Assembly: GCA_028826165.1 (NCBI GenBank)
Contig: JAPDFW010000019.1
Span: forward strand, 14,017 to 78,016
Direction of reading: 5' to 3'
DNA from: Anaeramoeba ignava BMAN
Taxonomy: Eukaryota > Protista > Anaeramoebae
Length of the DNA stretch: 64,000 nucleotides
Shown here: positions 1-10,114 of the stretch, one piece after another
Position numbering within the stretch: position 1 is the first letter of the stretch
Layout: each line of letters begins with the position of its first letter
Position numbers and translations under genes: made by a program
Notes under the pieces: model-generated
What the model was told of the DNA's origin: nothing
The model's database searches: none
Seen by the model: the letters and a program-made list of their open reading frames with translations, nothing else

Positions 1-1
1 T

Positions 2-1024
2 GCTTATAAATTTATTTTAGATAATTTTGAAAAATTTATCAAAACTTCATTTTTTCTTGAACTTGAAGAAAATCATTTAAATTCAATTTTATCAAATGAT
101 TACATTCCAATAAATGAAATTGAAATTTTTCAATCATTAATAAAATGGGGAAAACATAAATCAAATATTAATCAAAAAAATCAAGAACTTGAAAAAGAAG
201 AAAAAGAAAAAATCAAAAATCAAATTTCCAATATTATTAATAAAATAAGATTTATTGATTTCACAAAAAAAGAACTTAAAGATACTTTGAAAGAAGATTT
301 AATTCCAAATCAAATTTCACAAAAATTAATTCAATTCCAAAAACTTCAAAAGAATAAAGAAAAATTAAATCAATTTATTGAAAAAGAAAATCAAAATTCA
401 TTCATTTTCAAATCAAGATTTCATTTCTTAACCGAATCAACAATTATTGAAGAAAAAGAACATTTCAATCTTATAAAAGAATGGATAAATGATAATGAAT
501 TTTTTTCTAAAATGAAATTAGGATTTTCAACAAAAAAAGAAGGATTTGATTGTAGAAAATGGCATTCCAAATGTGATGATAAAGGAAAAACATTAATTAT
601 TATCAAAACCAAAGATAATTACATTTTTGGAGGATTTACTTCAATTGGATATATAAGTGATAAATCACAATGGTCACACAATTATGGAAACAATGGATAC
701 ATTCCAGATCCAAATTCATTTATTTTTTCATTAAGAAATGATAAAAACGATAGAAAACCAGAGAAATTTCCTACTCAACCCTCTAAAACAAATTATGCAA
801 TTTATTATCATTTACCTTATGGTCCAAATTTTGGAGGAGTAAATGTTTATAAAAGTCATGATATTTGTTTTAATTCTACTTTGAAATCAGGTGATTCCAA
901 TTTTGGGAACACTTATAATCTTCCTAATGGTATTACTTATCAAACAAATGAATCTAAAAATTATTTAGCTGGTTCTTCAATATTTGATGTTGATGAACTT
1001 GAAACTTTTTTCATTTCAAATTAA
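2..1024 (+). CDS. BTB-BACK-TLDc family protein, 5'-truncated by window edge (paralog 1)
   Basis: Frame is open from nt 2 (AYKFILDNFEKFIKTSFFLELEE...) into ORF 287..1024. TLDc motifs WHSKCDDKGKTLIIIKT, IFGGFT, FIFSL, GPNFGG, LAGS..FDVDELETF. Near-identical to 2402..3364. Confidence 0.88.
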   Translation, partial: AYKFILDNFEKFIKTSFFLELEENHLNSILSNDYIPINEIEIFQSLIKWGKHKSNINQKNQELEKEEKEKIKNQISNIINKIRFIDFTKKELKDTLKEDLIPNQISQKLIQFQKLQKNKEKLNQFIEKENQNSFIFKSRFHFLTESTIIEEKEHFNLIKEWINDNEFFSKMKLGFSTKKEGFDCRKWHSKCDDKGKTLIIIKTKDNYIFGGFTSIGYISDKSQWSHNYGNNGYIPDPNSFIFSLRNDKNDRKPEKFPTQPSKTNYAIYYHLPYGPNFGGVNVYKSHDICFNSTLKSGDSNFGNTYNLPNGITYQTNESKNYLAGSSIFDVDELETFFISN

Positions 1025-1249
1025 ATTAATTTAAAATTATTTTTCCATTTTTTTTTCGAATTTGATTTATTTTCTTTTACTTTCAATTAAATAAAATTCT
1101 TCAAAATAATAAATTAGAAAAAAAACCAAATTATCACAAAATTCAAATAATTTCAAAAATATGATTAAATAATTATTTAATCCAAAAACAATGATAATAT
1201 ACAAAAATAAAAATTTGAAATAGAAATTAATAATAATCAAATTTAAAAT

Positions 1250-1890
1250 ATTAATAAAATATATAAAATAGAATTAATTCTAAATTTAATTATTTAATAT
1301 TTTTAATTTTATTTTTGAAATAAATTAATTAAAATATTTTAATAATTTTATTTAATTTTTTAGAATAATTTTATATTATTTTAAATAAAGAAAATTAATA
1401 AAATATATAAAATAGAATTAATTTTTAATTTAATTATTTAATATTCTTAATTTTATTTTTGAAATAAATTAATTAAAATATTTTAATAAATTTTATTTAA
1501 TTTTTAGAATAATTTTATATTATTTTGAATAAATGGAATATTAATAAAATATATAAAATAGAATTAATTTTTAATTTAAATATTTAATATTCTTAATTTT
1601 ATTTTTGAAATAAATTAATTAAAATATTTTAATAATTTTATTTAATTTTTTAGAATAATTTTATATTATTTTAAATAAATGGAATATTAATAAAATATAT
1701 AAAATAAAATTAATTTTTAATTTAATTATTTAATATTCTTAATTTCATTTTTGAAATAAATTAATTAAAATATTTTAATAATTTTATTTAATTATTTAGA
1801 ATAATTTTATATTATTTTAAATAAAGAAAAGTTAATAAAATATATAAAATAAAATTAGTTCTTAATTTAATTATTTAATATTCTTGATTT
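1250..1890. repeat. ~146-bp AT-rich tandem repeat, about 4.5 copies
   Basis: TTAATAAAATATATAAAATA recurs at about 1251, 1395, 1541, 1687 and 1832. Confidence 0.85.
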
Positions 1891-1939
1891 TATTTTTTAT
1901 TTTTTTTTCATTTTTTTCTTTTCCAAATTTTTATTTAAA

Positions 1940-3364
1940 ATGAAAACTTATTCAAATTTAGAAAAACTTTCAAATGATTTAAAAAATTTATTTCAAAATC
2001 AAAATCAAAATGAAAAAGAAGAAGAAAGTTATTTTGATTTTGAAATAATTTGTGAACAAAATAAAATTTCATTTAAAACTCATAAATCAATTCTTTCTTC
2101 AAGAAGTTATTATTTTAAATCTCTTTTCAATTCTAAAATGAAAGAATATCAAGAAAATAAATTAATTCTAAAAGATGTTTCAAGTTCAATTCTATTTCCA
2201 ATTTTAAATTATTTTTATTCAGGAAAAATTGAAATTAATTTAGAAAATGCAATAGAAATTTTAATTTTTTCATCAAAATATTTAATTGATGAATTAATTG
2301 AAATTTGTTCAAATTTTATCAAAAACAATTTCCAATTTGAAACTATTGTTGATATTCTTAAATTATCTGAATCAATGGACTTCAATCAATTATTGGATTT
2401 TGCTTATAAATTTATTTTAGAAAATTTTGAAAAATTTATCAAAACTTCATTTTTTCTTGAACTTGAAGAAAATCATTTAAATTCAATTTTATTAAATGAT
2501 TTTATTCCAACAAATGAAATTGAAATTTTTCAATCATTAATAAAATGGGGAAAACATAAATCAAATATTAATCAAGAAAAAGAAGAAAAAGAAAAAATCA
2601 AAAATCAAATTTCCAATATTATTCATAAAATAAGATTTATTGATTTCACAAAAAAAGAACTTGAAAATACTTTGAAAGAAGATTTAATTCCAAATCAAAT
2701 TTCACAAAAATTAATTCAATTCCAAAAATTTCAAGAAGAAAATGAAAAAGAATTAAATCAATTTATTGAAAAAGAAAACTTATCAATTTTCAAATCAAGA
2801 ATTCATTTTAAATCAACAATTATTGAAGAAAAAGAACATTTCAATCTTATAAAAGAATGGATAAATGATAATGAATTTTTTTCCAAAATGAAATTAGGAT
2901 TTTCAACAAAAAAAGAAGGATTTGATTGTAAAAAATGGCATTCCAAATGTGATGATAAAGGAAAAACATTAATTATTATCAAAACCAAAGATAATTTTAT
3001 TTTTGGAGGATTTACTTCAGTTGGATTTAAAAAAGATAAAAGATGGATTTATGATTCAAATTCATTTATTTTTTCATTAAGAAATGATAAAAACGATAGA
3101 AAACCAGAGAAATTTACAATTAAAAAAGGGAAAGAAGATCATGCAATTTATTCACTTTTATCTAATGGCCCAAATTTTGGAGGAGTAAATGTTTATAAAA
3201 GTTCAGATATTTTCTTTAGCTATGATTTAAAACGTGGTTATTCTAAGTTTGGACGTACTTATAACTTGCCTAATGGAATTGAACAAGGCTCAAATCAAGC
3301 CAAATTTTATTTAGCTGGTTCTTCAATATTTGATGTTGATGAACTTGAAACTTTTTTCATTTAA
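1940..3364 (+). CDS. BTB-BACK-TLDc protein (paralog 2), intronless
   Basis: BTB motifs DFEIIC..FKTHKSILSSRSYYFKSLF..MKE and LNYFYSGKI, BACK-like helices (EIEIFQSLIKW), C-terminal TLDc. Confidence 0.92.
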   Translation: MKTYSNLEKLSNDLKNLFQNQNQNEKEEESYFDFEIICEQNKISFKTHKSILSSRSYYFKSLFNSKMKEYQENKLILKDVSSSILFPILNYFYSGKIEINLENAIEILIFSSKYLIDELIEICSNFIKNNFQFETIVDILKLSESMDFNQLLDFAYKFILENFEKFIKTSFFLELEENHLNSILLNDFIPTNEIEIFQSLIKWGKHKSNINQEKEEKEKIKNQISNIIHKIRFIDFTKKELENTLKEDLIPNQISQKLIQFQKFQEENEKELNQFIEKENLSIFKSRIHFKSTIIEEKEHFNLIKEWINDNEFFSKMKLGFSTKKEGFDCKKWHSKCDDKGKTLIIIKTKDNFIFGGFTSVGFKKDKRWIYDSNSFIFSLRNDKNDRKPEKFTIKKGKEDHAIYSLLSNGPNFGGVNVYKSSDIFFSYDLKRGYSKFGRTYNLPNGIEQGSNQAKFYLAGSSIFDVDELETFFI

Positions 3365-3450
3365 AAAATTTCAAAAATAAAAATCAAAAATAATTTTCGA
3401 AATTTTTTTCAATTTCATTTTTCTTTTTGAAAAAAAATTACTGAAATAAA

Positions 3451-4560
3451 ATGGTCGATGAAATAGTTCCAGTTGTAATTCAAAACGGTTCAAATACAAT
3501 CAAAGCAGGATTTGCAGGAGATGATACACCAAACGTAGTTTTCCCATCAATAATTGGAAAACCACGAAATTCAATAGAAAAAACGGAAAAAGAATGTTAT
3601 TTTGGAGAAGAAGCAAAATCCAAAAGAGGAATATTAATGATCAAATATATGATTGAAAACGGAATGATTGTGAATTTTGATGATATGGAAAAAATATGGC
3701 ATCATACTTTTTATAATGAATTAAGAATTAATCCTGAAGAACATCCACTTTTATTAACTGAATCACCATTGAATCCAAGAGCAAATCGAGAGAAAATCAC
3801 TCAAATCATGTTTGAAACATTCAAAACGCCAGCGTTTTATCTTGAGAATACTTCAGTTCTCTCGCTTTATGCTTCAGGAAGAAAAACAGGAGTTGTTATT
3901 GATTGGAATGATAATATGTATGGAGTTCATCCTGTTTATGAAGGATCTGTTTTGAATCATTCTATTCTTCACTATTTTGTTTCTGCAAATGATATCACTT
4001 TTTATTTAATAAAAATGCTCAATGAAAAAGGTTATTCCTTTCAAACATCTGCTGAATTCGAAATTGTTAAAGATATTCAAGAAAAATGTTGTTATGTTTC
4101 TTTGGATTTTGATAAAGAACTTGATTTGGATGAAAAAATGATCCAAAAAAATTATGAATTACCTAACGGTCAAGTTATCTCAATTGGAAATGAAAGGTTT
4201 CGTGCTCCTGAAGTGATTTTCAAGCCTTCTTTAATTGGAATGGAACAAGCAAGTGTTTCTGAAACACTTTATAATACAATTCTCAAATGTGATCACGATA
4301 TCAGAAAAGAACTTTATGCAAACATTGTTTTATCTGGAGAAAATTCTTTTTTTCCTGGAATTTCGCAAAGATTCGCAAAAGAAATTTCTGAGTTTGTTCC
4401 TTCTGTTATAAATGTGAACGTGATTTCTCCTGAAAATCAAAATTCAGTTTGGATTGGTGGATCAATTTTTGCTTCTCTTTCTGGTTTTGTCAATTTATGC
4501 ATTTCTAAAGATGATTATGAAGATTTTGGACCTTCTCTTATTCACAGAAAATGTTTTTGA
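3451..4560 (+). CDS. Divergent actin / actin-like protein
   Basis: 369 aa with KAGFAGDD, MEKIWHHTFYNELR, EEHPLLLTE, MFETF, YELPNGQVISIGNERFRAPE, SVWIGGSI and C-terminal HRKCF. Confidence 0.93.
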   Translation: MVDEIVPVVIQNGSNTIKAGFAGDDTPNVVFPSIIGKPRNSIEKTEKECYFGEEAKSKRGILMIKYMIENGMIVNFDDMEKIWHHTFYNELRINPEEHPLLLTESPLNPRANREKITQIMFETFKTPAFYLENTSVLSLYASGRKTGVVIDWNDNMYGVHPVYEGSVLNHSILHYFVSANDITFYLIKMLNEKGYSFQTSAEFEIVKDIQEKCCYVSLDFDKELDLDEKMIQKNYELPNGQVISIGNERFRAPEVIFKPSLIGMEQASVSETLYNTILKCDHDIRKELYANIVLSGENSFFPGISQRFAKEISEFVPSVINVNVISPENQNSVWIGGSIFASLSGFVNLCISKDDYEDFGPSLIHRKCF

Positions 4561-4665
4561 AACTTTTCTCAATAAAGCAATTTCTTTCCAAAACAAAAAA
4601 GTGGAATAAAAAATTTTTTCATTTTTTTTTTTCATTTTTTTTTTCATTTTTTTTTTCCTTTTTTC

Positions 4666-7453
4666 ATGGATTTATTATTTAATTTTGATATTGATCATCA
4701 TCAAATACCAATTCCAAACAAAATTCAAATACCATTTTTAAAATATATGGAAGAAAATGTAAATAAATTAAAGGAAAAAATTTTCTCAAAAAACAAAAAA
4801 TATTTCATAAATTTTTTTTCAATAAATACAATAGACTACAACAAGATTACCCATAGAAATTCGATTATTGATAAATAAATTAAAAGATTTAAAAAGCCCA
4901 AAAGATCGATTTAAATTTTCTTCAAAAGGAATTTTTAGAAGAAAAAGAATTCTTATTGAAAATTATATTTTTTCTGAAATTCCTTTAAAAAAACCACTTA
5001 TTAGCACACATCAAAAATTACCAAAATTTAATATTACAGCTTTATCAATAAATCGAAGTATTTTATCAAATGAAATTTAGAATTCAATTTCAATTTCAAT
5101 TTCAATTTCAATTTCAATTTCAATTTCAATTTCAATTTCAATTTCATTTCAGATTTCAATTTAAAATTCAATTTAAAATTCAATTTAGAATTCAATTTAA
5201 AATTCAAATTAGAATTAAATTTAGAATTAAATTTCAATTTCAATTTCAATTTCAATTTCAATTTCAATTTAGAATTCAATTTAGAATTCAATTTCAATTT
5301 AGAATTCAATTTAGAATTCAATTTAAAATTCAATTTAAAATTCAATTTAAAATTCAATTTAGAATTCAATTTAGAATTCAATTTAGAATTCAATTTCAAT
5401 TTAGAATTCAATTTAGAATTCAATTTAGAATTAAAATTCAATTTAAAATTAAATTTAGAATTCAATTTCAATTTCAATTTAGAATTCAATTTAAAATTTA
5501 ATTTCAATTTCAATTTCAATTTCAATTTCAATTTCAATTTCAATTTAGAATTCAATTTCAAATTCAATTTAGAATTCAATTTAGAATTCAATTTCAATTT
5601 CAAATTCAATTTCAAATTCAATTTAGAATTCAATTTCAATTTAGAATTCAATTTAGAATTCAATTTCAATTTAGAATTCAATTTAGAATTCAATTTAGAA
5701 TTAAAATTCAATTTAGAATTAAATTTAGAATTAATATTCAATTTCAATTTCAATTTAGAATTCAATTTAGAATTCAATTTAGAATTTAAATTCAATTTAG
5801 AATTTAATTTCAATTTCAATTTCAAATTCAATTTCAATTTAGAATTCAATTTCAATTTAGAATTCAATTTAGAATTAATATTCAATTTAGAATTAAATTT
5901 AGAATTCAATTTCAATTTAGAATTCAATTTCAATTTAGAATTCAATTTAAAATTAAAATCAAAATTCAATTTCAATTTAGAATTAATATTCAATTTAGAA
6001 TTAAATTTAGAATTCAAATTTAAAATTAAAATTAAAATTAAAATTAAAATTAAAATTAAAATTAAAATTAAAATTAAAATTAAAATTAAAATTAAAATGA
6101 AAATGAAAATGAAAATGAAAATTTTATTTATAAATGAATTATAGAAATTATGATGTATATGAATGATTATAAATCTGGTTCACCCAAAAAAGATAATTCA
6201 AAATTAAATTTAGCAACTCAAATACTTCAAACAGCAAAAACAACACCAGAATTAAGAGATGAAATTTTTTTACAATTAATAAAACAAACAACAGGACATC
6301 CAATTGAAGAAAATTGTATAAAAGGATGGGAATTAATGGCTTTATGTTGTCAAACTTTCCCACCAACTCGAGATATTGAAGAAATTCTTCTTGAATTTTT
6401 ACTTTCAAATCAAAAAAATCAAAATCAAAAAATTTCTAATTTTTCAAGATTAGCTTTCCATAAAGTTTGTTTAATTTCTCAATCAAGTTCTTTACCTCCA
6501 ATTATTCGAGATGAAATCATTCACATTTCTGAAGCTCCTTATCGTTTTCATCTTTTTGGAGCTTCTATTGAAGAATTACTTTTACATGAAAATGAAAATT
6601 CAAATCAAAATTCAAATCAAAATTCAAATCAAAATTCAAATCAAAATTTAAATCAAAATTCAAATCAAAATTCAAATCAAAATTCAAATCAAAATTTAAA
6701 TCAAAATTCAAATCAAAATTTAAATCAAAATTTAAATCAAAATTCAAATCAAAATTCAAATCAAAATTTAAATCAAAATTCAAATCAAAATTTAAATCAA
6801 CCCAAAATTCCTTTTGTTCTTAAATTCTTAACAGAAAAGATTAGAAATTCAAGTAAAAATATTTTCTTTTTAATTAAAATTTTTTATATTTTTAAACTAT
6901 TTTTCTTTTAATTTTCTTTCAAAAATAGATATGGAAACTGGAATTTTTAGGTATAAATTTCTTTATAATCAATAATTTTTTTTTAAAATTCAATCCAAAA
7001 AAATCAATTTAAAAATATAGAATTCCACCTGAAAATATTATTTTTGGAGAAGCACAATTTTTAATTGATTCTGAAAATTATGAAAAATTTGAACAGAAAA
7101 ATTATAGTGTTCATATTTTTGCCAGTTTACTTAAAAAATGGATTAGAGATTTAGATCCTTTTCTTACAGAACAAATTGAAGAAGAATTGATAAATTCCAA
7201 AAATACATTTGAAGATTATTTTCAAATCATTTCAAATAATTTAACTAAACCAATTTTTGATTCTTTTAGTTTTTTAATGACTTTTCTTAAATGGTTTTTA
7301 TCTTTTCAAAAAGAAACTAAAATGGATAAGAAAGCTTTATCACTTATTTTTATTAGTTCTTTTTTTGAACAACTTAATGAACATAGAGAAGATATTCTTG
7401 AAAGAAGAACTCAAATTTTCTCAATTTTACTTGAAAATTGGAAACAAAATTAA
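4666..7453 (+). CDS. MyTH4 + RhoGAP domain protein (5 exons)
   Basis: Inferred introns 4759-4834, 5058-6144, 6853-6928, 6951-7020 give a continuous frame. MyTH4 motifs LRDEIFLQLIKQTT and GWELMALCCQTFPP. RhoGAP arginine finger GIFRIP and ASLLKKWIRDL. Confidence 0.82.
5058..6144 (+). repeat. Intron filled with hexamer microsatellite (TTCAAT/TTAGAA/TTAAAA)
   Basis: GT..AG bounded. Flanking exons join as NRK-IMMYMND. Confidence 0.8.
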
Positions 7454-7846
7454 AAATACAATTTAATAAAAATACAAATTAATAAAAAAGTGGAATAAAA
7501 ATTATTTTATTTTTAAATTAAAAATACAATTTAATAAAAATACAATTTAATAAAAAAGTGGAATAAAAATTATTTTATTTTTAAATTTTGCTTTTTAATT
7601 TTTCATTTTTCATTTTAAAAAATTTATTTCTTTTCCTTTTTATTAAAAAACTAAAATTTGTAAAAATACAATTCTTTTAAAAAAAAAAAGCACTTGTTCA
7701 TCCATGTTTAAAGTTTATTTTAAAACAAAAATAATTTAAAAACAAACAAATTCATTTTTTTTTTTTAAATTTTGAATTTTTAATTTTTCATTTTTCATTT
7801 TTAGAAAAAAATTCTTGATTTATATTTCTTTTCCTTTTTTATTAAA

Positions 7847-9978
7847 ATGTCAGCGACTATTTGTCAAATTTGTCAAAAACCAATTCTTTCACAAAAAATG
7901 ATGGCTAAAGGAGCACTTGTTCATCCAGAATGTTTAAAGTTTATTTTTAAAACAAAAAAAATAATTTAAAAAAAAAAACAAACAAATTCATTTATTTTTT
8001 TATTTTATTAGATGTTGTGAATGTAACGAATCTCTTTCTCCAGTTTCAGCTCAATTATATGAAAATAAATTTTATTGTAGAACTCATCTTCCTAAAAAAC
8101 CAAATTCAGAAAGTACAAATTCAACTCAATAATCTAAACCAATTTAATAACGAATTTAATTCAATATTTAATTCAATTCAATTCAATATTCAATCCAATA
8201 TTCAATTCAATTTAATATTCAATTTAATTCAATTAATATTAATATTTTATTCAATTTCAATATTCAATATTCAATATTCAATTCAATATTTAATTCAATT
8301 CAATATTTAATTCAATATTCAATATTCAATTCAATATTCAATTTAATATTCAATTTAATATTTATTTATTTAATATTTAATATTCAATATTTAATATTCA
8401 ATATTTAATATTTAATATTTCAAATATTCAATATTTTCAATATTTTACCAATATTCATTTTCAATTTAATTTAAATATTCAATATTCAATATTCAATATT
8501 TATTTTTTATTTATTTAATATTCAATATTCAATTTAATATTCAATTTAATATTTAATATTTAATTCAATATTTAATTCAATATTCAATTTAATATTCAAT
8601 TCAATATTTCAATATTTAATATTTTAATTCAATATTCAATATTCCAATTCAATATTCAATTTAATTCAATTCAATTCAATTCAATATTTAATTCAATTCA
8701 TATTCAATTCAATATTCAATTATTCAATTCAATTCAATATTTAATATTCAATTCAATATTTAATTCAATTCAATATTCAATTCAATATTCAATTCAATTC
8801 AATTTTAATATTCAAATTTATTCAATATTTAATTCAATATTTAATTCAATATTCAATATTTAATATTCAATTCAATATTCAATTCAATTCAATATTCAAT
8901 TTAATATTCAATTTAATATTCAATTCAATATTTAATTCAATATTCAATTCAATATTCAATTCAATATTCAATTCAATATTTAATTTAATATTCAATATTT
9001 AATATTTAATTTATTATTAAATTTATTTTAAAAATTAATTTAAAAATTATTTTTTTTCCTTCTCGTTTAGAAACTGCAAATAAACCTAAAAAAGTCTTCT
9101 CTTTTCGTAAATCCCCAATAAATCAAATTAATCAAGAACCCAAAATCGAAAAAAATTCAATTAATGAAGAACAAAAAAAGAAAAAACAAGAACAATTTAA
9201 AAAAAAACAAGAAATGCAAAAACAAAGAGAAATTCAAAAAAAAAAAGAACTTGAAAAACAAAAAACTCAACAAGAAAATCAAAGAAAAAAAAGTATTCAA
9301 GATTTCAAAAAAGAAAATCAAGAACTTGAAGAAAAAAAAAAACAACTTCAAAAAAAACTTGAAAATCTTAAAAAAAATCAAAATCAAAATCAAAATCAAA
9401 ATCAAAATCAAAATCAAAATGAAGATGAAAATTTATTAAAAAAAATCCAAAAGAAAAAACATAAAATTTCCGAATTGAAAAAAGAAAATCAAAAATTAGC
9501 TTCTCAAGAAGAACAAATTAAAAATGAACTTGAAAAATTAGTCAATTTACAAAATTCTCTTAAAGAATCAATTACTCAATCATCTCAAAATCAAGCTCAA
9601 GTTATAAATAATGAAAACGATCCAATAAAACAAGAAAATTCGCAAATTTCTCAAGAAATCAAAGATTTAAATCAAAAAATTGAAAAATTGAAAAATGAAC
9701 AAAAAGAAAACGAATCAAAATTTCAAAAGAAAATTAAAAAACTTCAAAATGAAAAAAAATCAAATCAAATCCAAATCCAAATCCAAAAATCAACTCTTAA
9801 TGGAATTGATGATCTTCTTGAAGAAGAAAATCAATTTCTTGTTCAACAGAATAATGATTATGAACATGAAATTGCAAGTTTATCACAAAAATTGGTTCAA
9901 TTATCAGGAAAAGTACTTGATCTTGATTCTTTGTATAAGAAATATTATGAGATTAGTGATTCAAGTGATACTGATTAA
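7847..9978 (+). CDS. N-terminal LIM domain + coiled-coil protein (3 exons)
   Basis: Spliced N-terminus MSATICQICQKPI..HPECLKCCECNESL..FYCRTH fits the LIM pattern. Introns about 7939-8011 and 8113-9070. Exon 3 is in frame with ORF 9214..9978. Confidence 0.82.
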
Positions 9979-10114
9979 AGAAAGAAAGAAAGAAATTAAT
10001 TCAATTCCAAAATTTTTAAAAAAAAAACAAAAATAAATTCAAAAAATTTTCCCTAAAAGAAAAAAAATTTTTTATTTTAATTTTCAATTTAATTTAATTT
10101 TTAATTTTTAATTT

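Noticed and set aside
5034-6017. Long low-complexity ORFs (NSKL.., FQFQ.., ILIL.., FDFD.., KFKM.., INNF..) here and at 12105, 19419-20136, 22477, 26762, 44530 and 48720-49550
   Set aside because: These are chance stop-free frames of hexamer or 12-mer microsatellites in introns, intergenic DNA or antisense strands.
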